Shown here: in pieces, positions 31,218 to 32,000 of the stretch | Position numbering within the stretch: position 1 is the stretch's first letter | Layout of the letters: each line of letters opens with the position of its first letter | Source of the DNA: Ktedonobacterales bacterium | GTDB lineage: Bacteria > Chloroflexota > Ktedonobacteria > Ktedonobacterales > JADMIN01 | Assembly: GCA_030167145.1 (NCBI GenBank) | Contig: CP126532.1 | Location: 1,080,001-1,112,000, forward strand | Reading direction: 5' to 3' | Length of the DNA stretch: 32,000 nucleotides | The notes under the pieces: generated by a model | What the model was told of the DNA's origin: nothing | The model's input: the letters and a program-made list of their open reading frames with translations, nothing else | Databases searched by the model: none | Program-made: the position numbers and the translations under genes

Positions 31218-32000
31218 ATGGCGAAACCAGCCCCGATAGCGCCTAAAGGCCGAATTTCACCGCCGCCTGCTCGCGGAAAGCGAATCTCAGCAGGCCGCAT
31301 ATTCACCTGGATCTCAGGCATCGTCAGCTTCAGCCTAGTGCTGTATCTGTTCGGGGCGGTCGTACACCAGTTCGTCTTTCCGCCGCCAGCGCAGCGGCTG
31401 ATCATTGTCCAGGATGTTCGCCTTCCAAACGGCCTGGGCAAGAACGCGCAGGACGCAGCTTCACTGGCCCCTGGGATCGAAGACACATTGACCGACGGAT
31501 TCGATTTCCAGGCGTATGATGCCGCGACACACCGTCTGTTCATTGCCCATACCGGCCCCGATCCCGACATCATGAAGCAGCAGCACATTCCGTTCGATCC
31601 TCAGTACGACGGCAATGTAACGGTCTTTGACACTGCGCAAAATAAGGTGGTCGCGAGAATACCTGCCCCACAAGTAGCGGGGGTAATTGACGCGCCTGAT
31701 CTCGGCAAGGTCTTCGCGGCGGATGCAGAGGATAACATTATTTTTGACATCAACGTCAATACGATGCAAATCCAGGGGCAAATCCAGCTCCCTGATAACG
31801 ACGGCCCCGACGCCGTCGCGTATGACCCAGACGATCATCGCATCTTCGTTTCCGATCCCGGAACCCCGGCGGACTCCCTCGAATCTATGAACACTGATCC
31901 GAAAAATCAGGACGTAGCGGTGATTGACGCGGTGAACGATACACTGATCGGCCTAGTGAACGTTGGCTTGCTGCCCCTTCTGCCGGGGGAGAAGGCTCCG
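31218..32000 (+). CDS. Membrane-anchored YncE/YVTN-like beta-propeller protein (3' end outside the window)
   Basis: My own translation; the ORF is absent from the track because it has no stop. It reads MAKPAPIAPKGRISPPPARGKRISAGRIFTWISGIVSFSLVLYLFGAVV (TM) ... HRLFIAHTGPD ... VTVFDTAQNKVV ... KVFAADAEDNIIFDINV ... HRIFVSDPG ... VAVIDAVNDTLI. AAGGAG lies 6 nt before the ATG. The frame is open for all 261 codons to the window end. Confidence 0.7.
   Translation, partial: MAKPAPIAPKGRISPPPARGKRISAGRIFTWISGIVSFSLVLYLFGAVVHQFVFPPPAQRLIIVQDVRLPNGLGKNAQDAASLAPGIEDTLTDGFDFQAYDAATHRLFIAHTGPDPDIMKQQHIPFDPQYDGNVTVFDTAQNKVVARIPAPQVAGVIDAPDLGKVFAADAEDNIIFDINVNTMQIQGQIQLPDNDGPDAVAYDPDDHRIFVSDPGTPADSLESMNTDPKNQDVAVIDAVNDTLIGLVNVGLLPLLPGEKAP

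Overview
This is a 32 kb stretch of G+C-rich bacterial chromosome. Most genes have strong AAGGAGG-type Shine-Dalgarno sites. I call about 33 coding regions. I recognised no rRNA, tRNA, CRISPR array, transposase or integrase. The taxon cannot be determined from this window; the family mix (DUF4383, DUF6325/SHOCT, PRC-barrel, F420-type reductase) is only loosely Chloroflexota/Actinobacteria-like.

Gene layout, left to right:
- 138-4074 (-): a cluster with a split ChrB (N-domain and C-domain genes overlapping by GTGA), a second stand-alone ChrB C-domain gene, a YncE-like beta-propeller and an MFS transporter. No ChrA is visible. A near-consensus promoter abuts a palindrome.
- 4169-6518: small secreted and membrane proteins.
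- 6609-10508 (-): a block of redox and accessory enzymes containing two decayed genes, an SDR remnant read in frame into a DUF2255 gene and a CMD-family gene with an in-frame TAG.
- 10770-12058 (-): aroH-tyrA.
- 12474-16730: map, a DUF6325/SHOCT pair and a TetR plus DHA2 MFS efflux pair.
- 17209-20556 (+): a three-gene operon led by a secreted alpha/beta-hydrolase.
- 20637-23230 (-): queA, a DUF4870 membrane protein and a SAM methyltransferase.
- 23373-28223: a kinase-like/PP2C phosphatase fusion, an SDR, a DUF4097 protein and a PRC-barrel membrane protein.
- 28686-32000 (+): an ABC exporter carrying a C-terminal FHA domain, then a second membrane-anchored beta-propeller cut by the window end.

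Most interesting signal: upstream of aroH-tyrA, a near-consensus promoter places the predicted transcription start on the ATG of a 31-codon ORF containing Y-G-Y-Y (all TAT codons). A perfect 10-bp GNRA-loop intrinsic terminator follows it. This is a candidate leaderless, tyrosine-responsive leader-peptide attenuator.

All family assignments come from motif recognition by eye. No database or HMM search was run.
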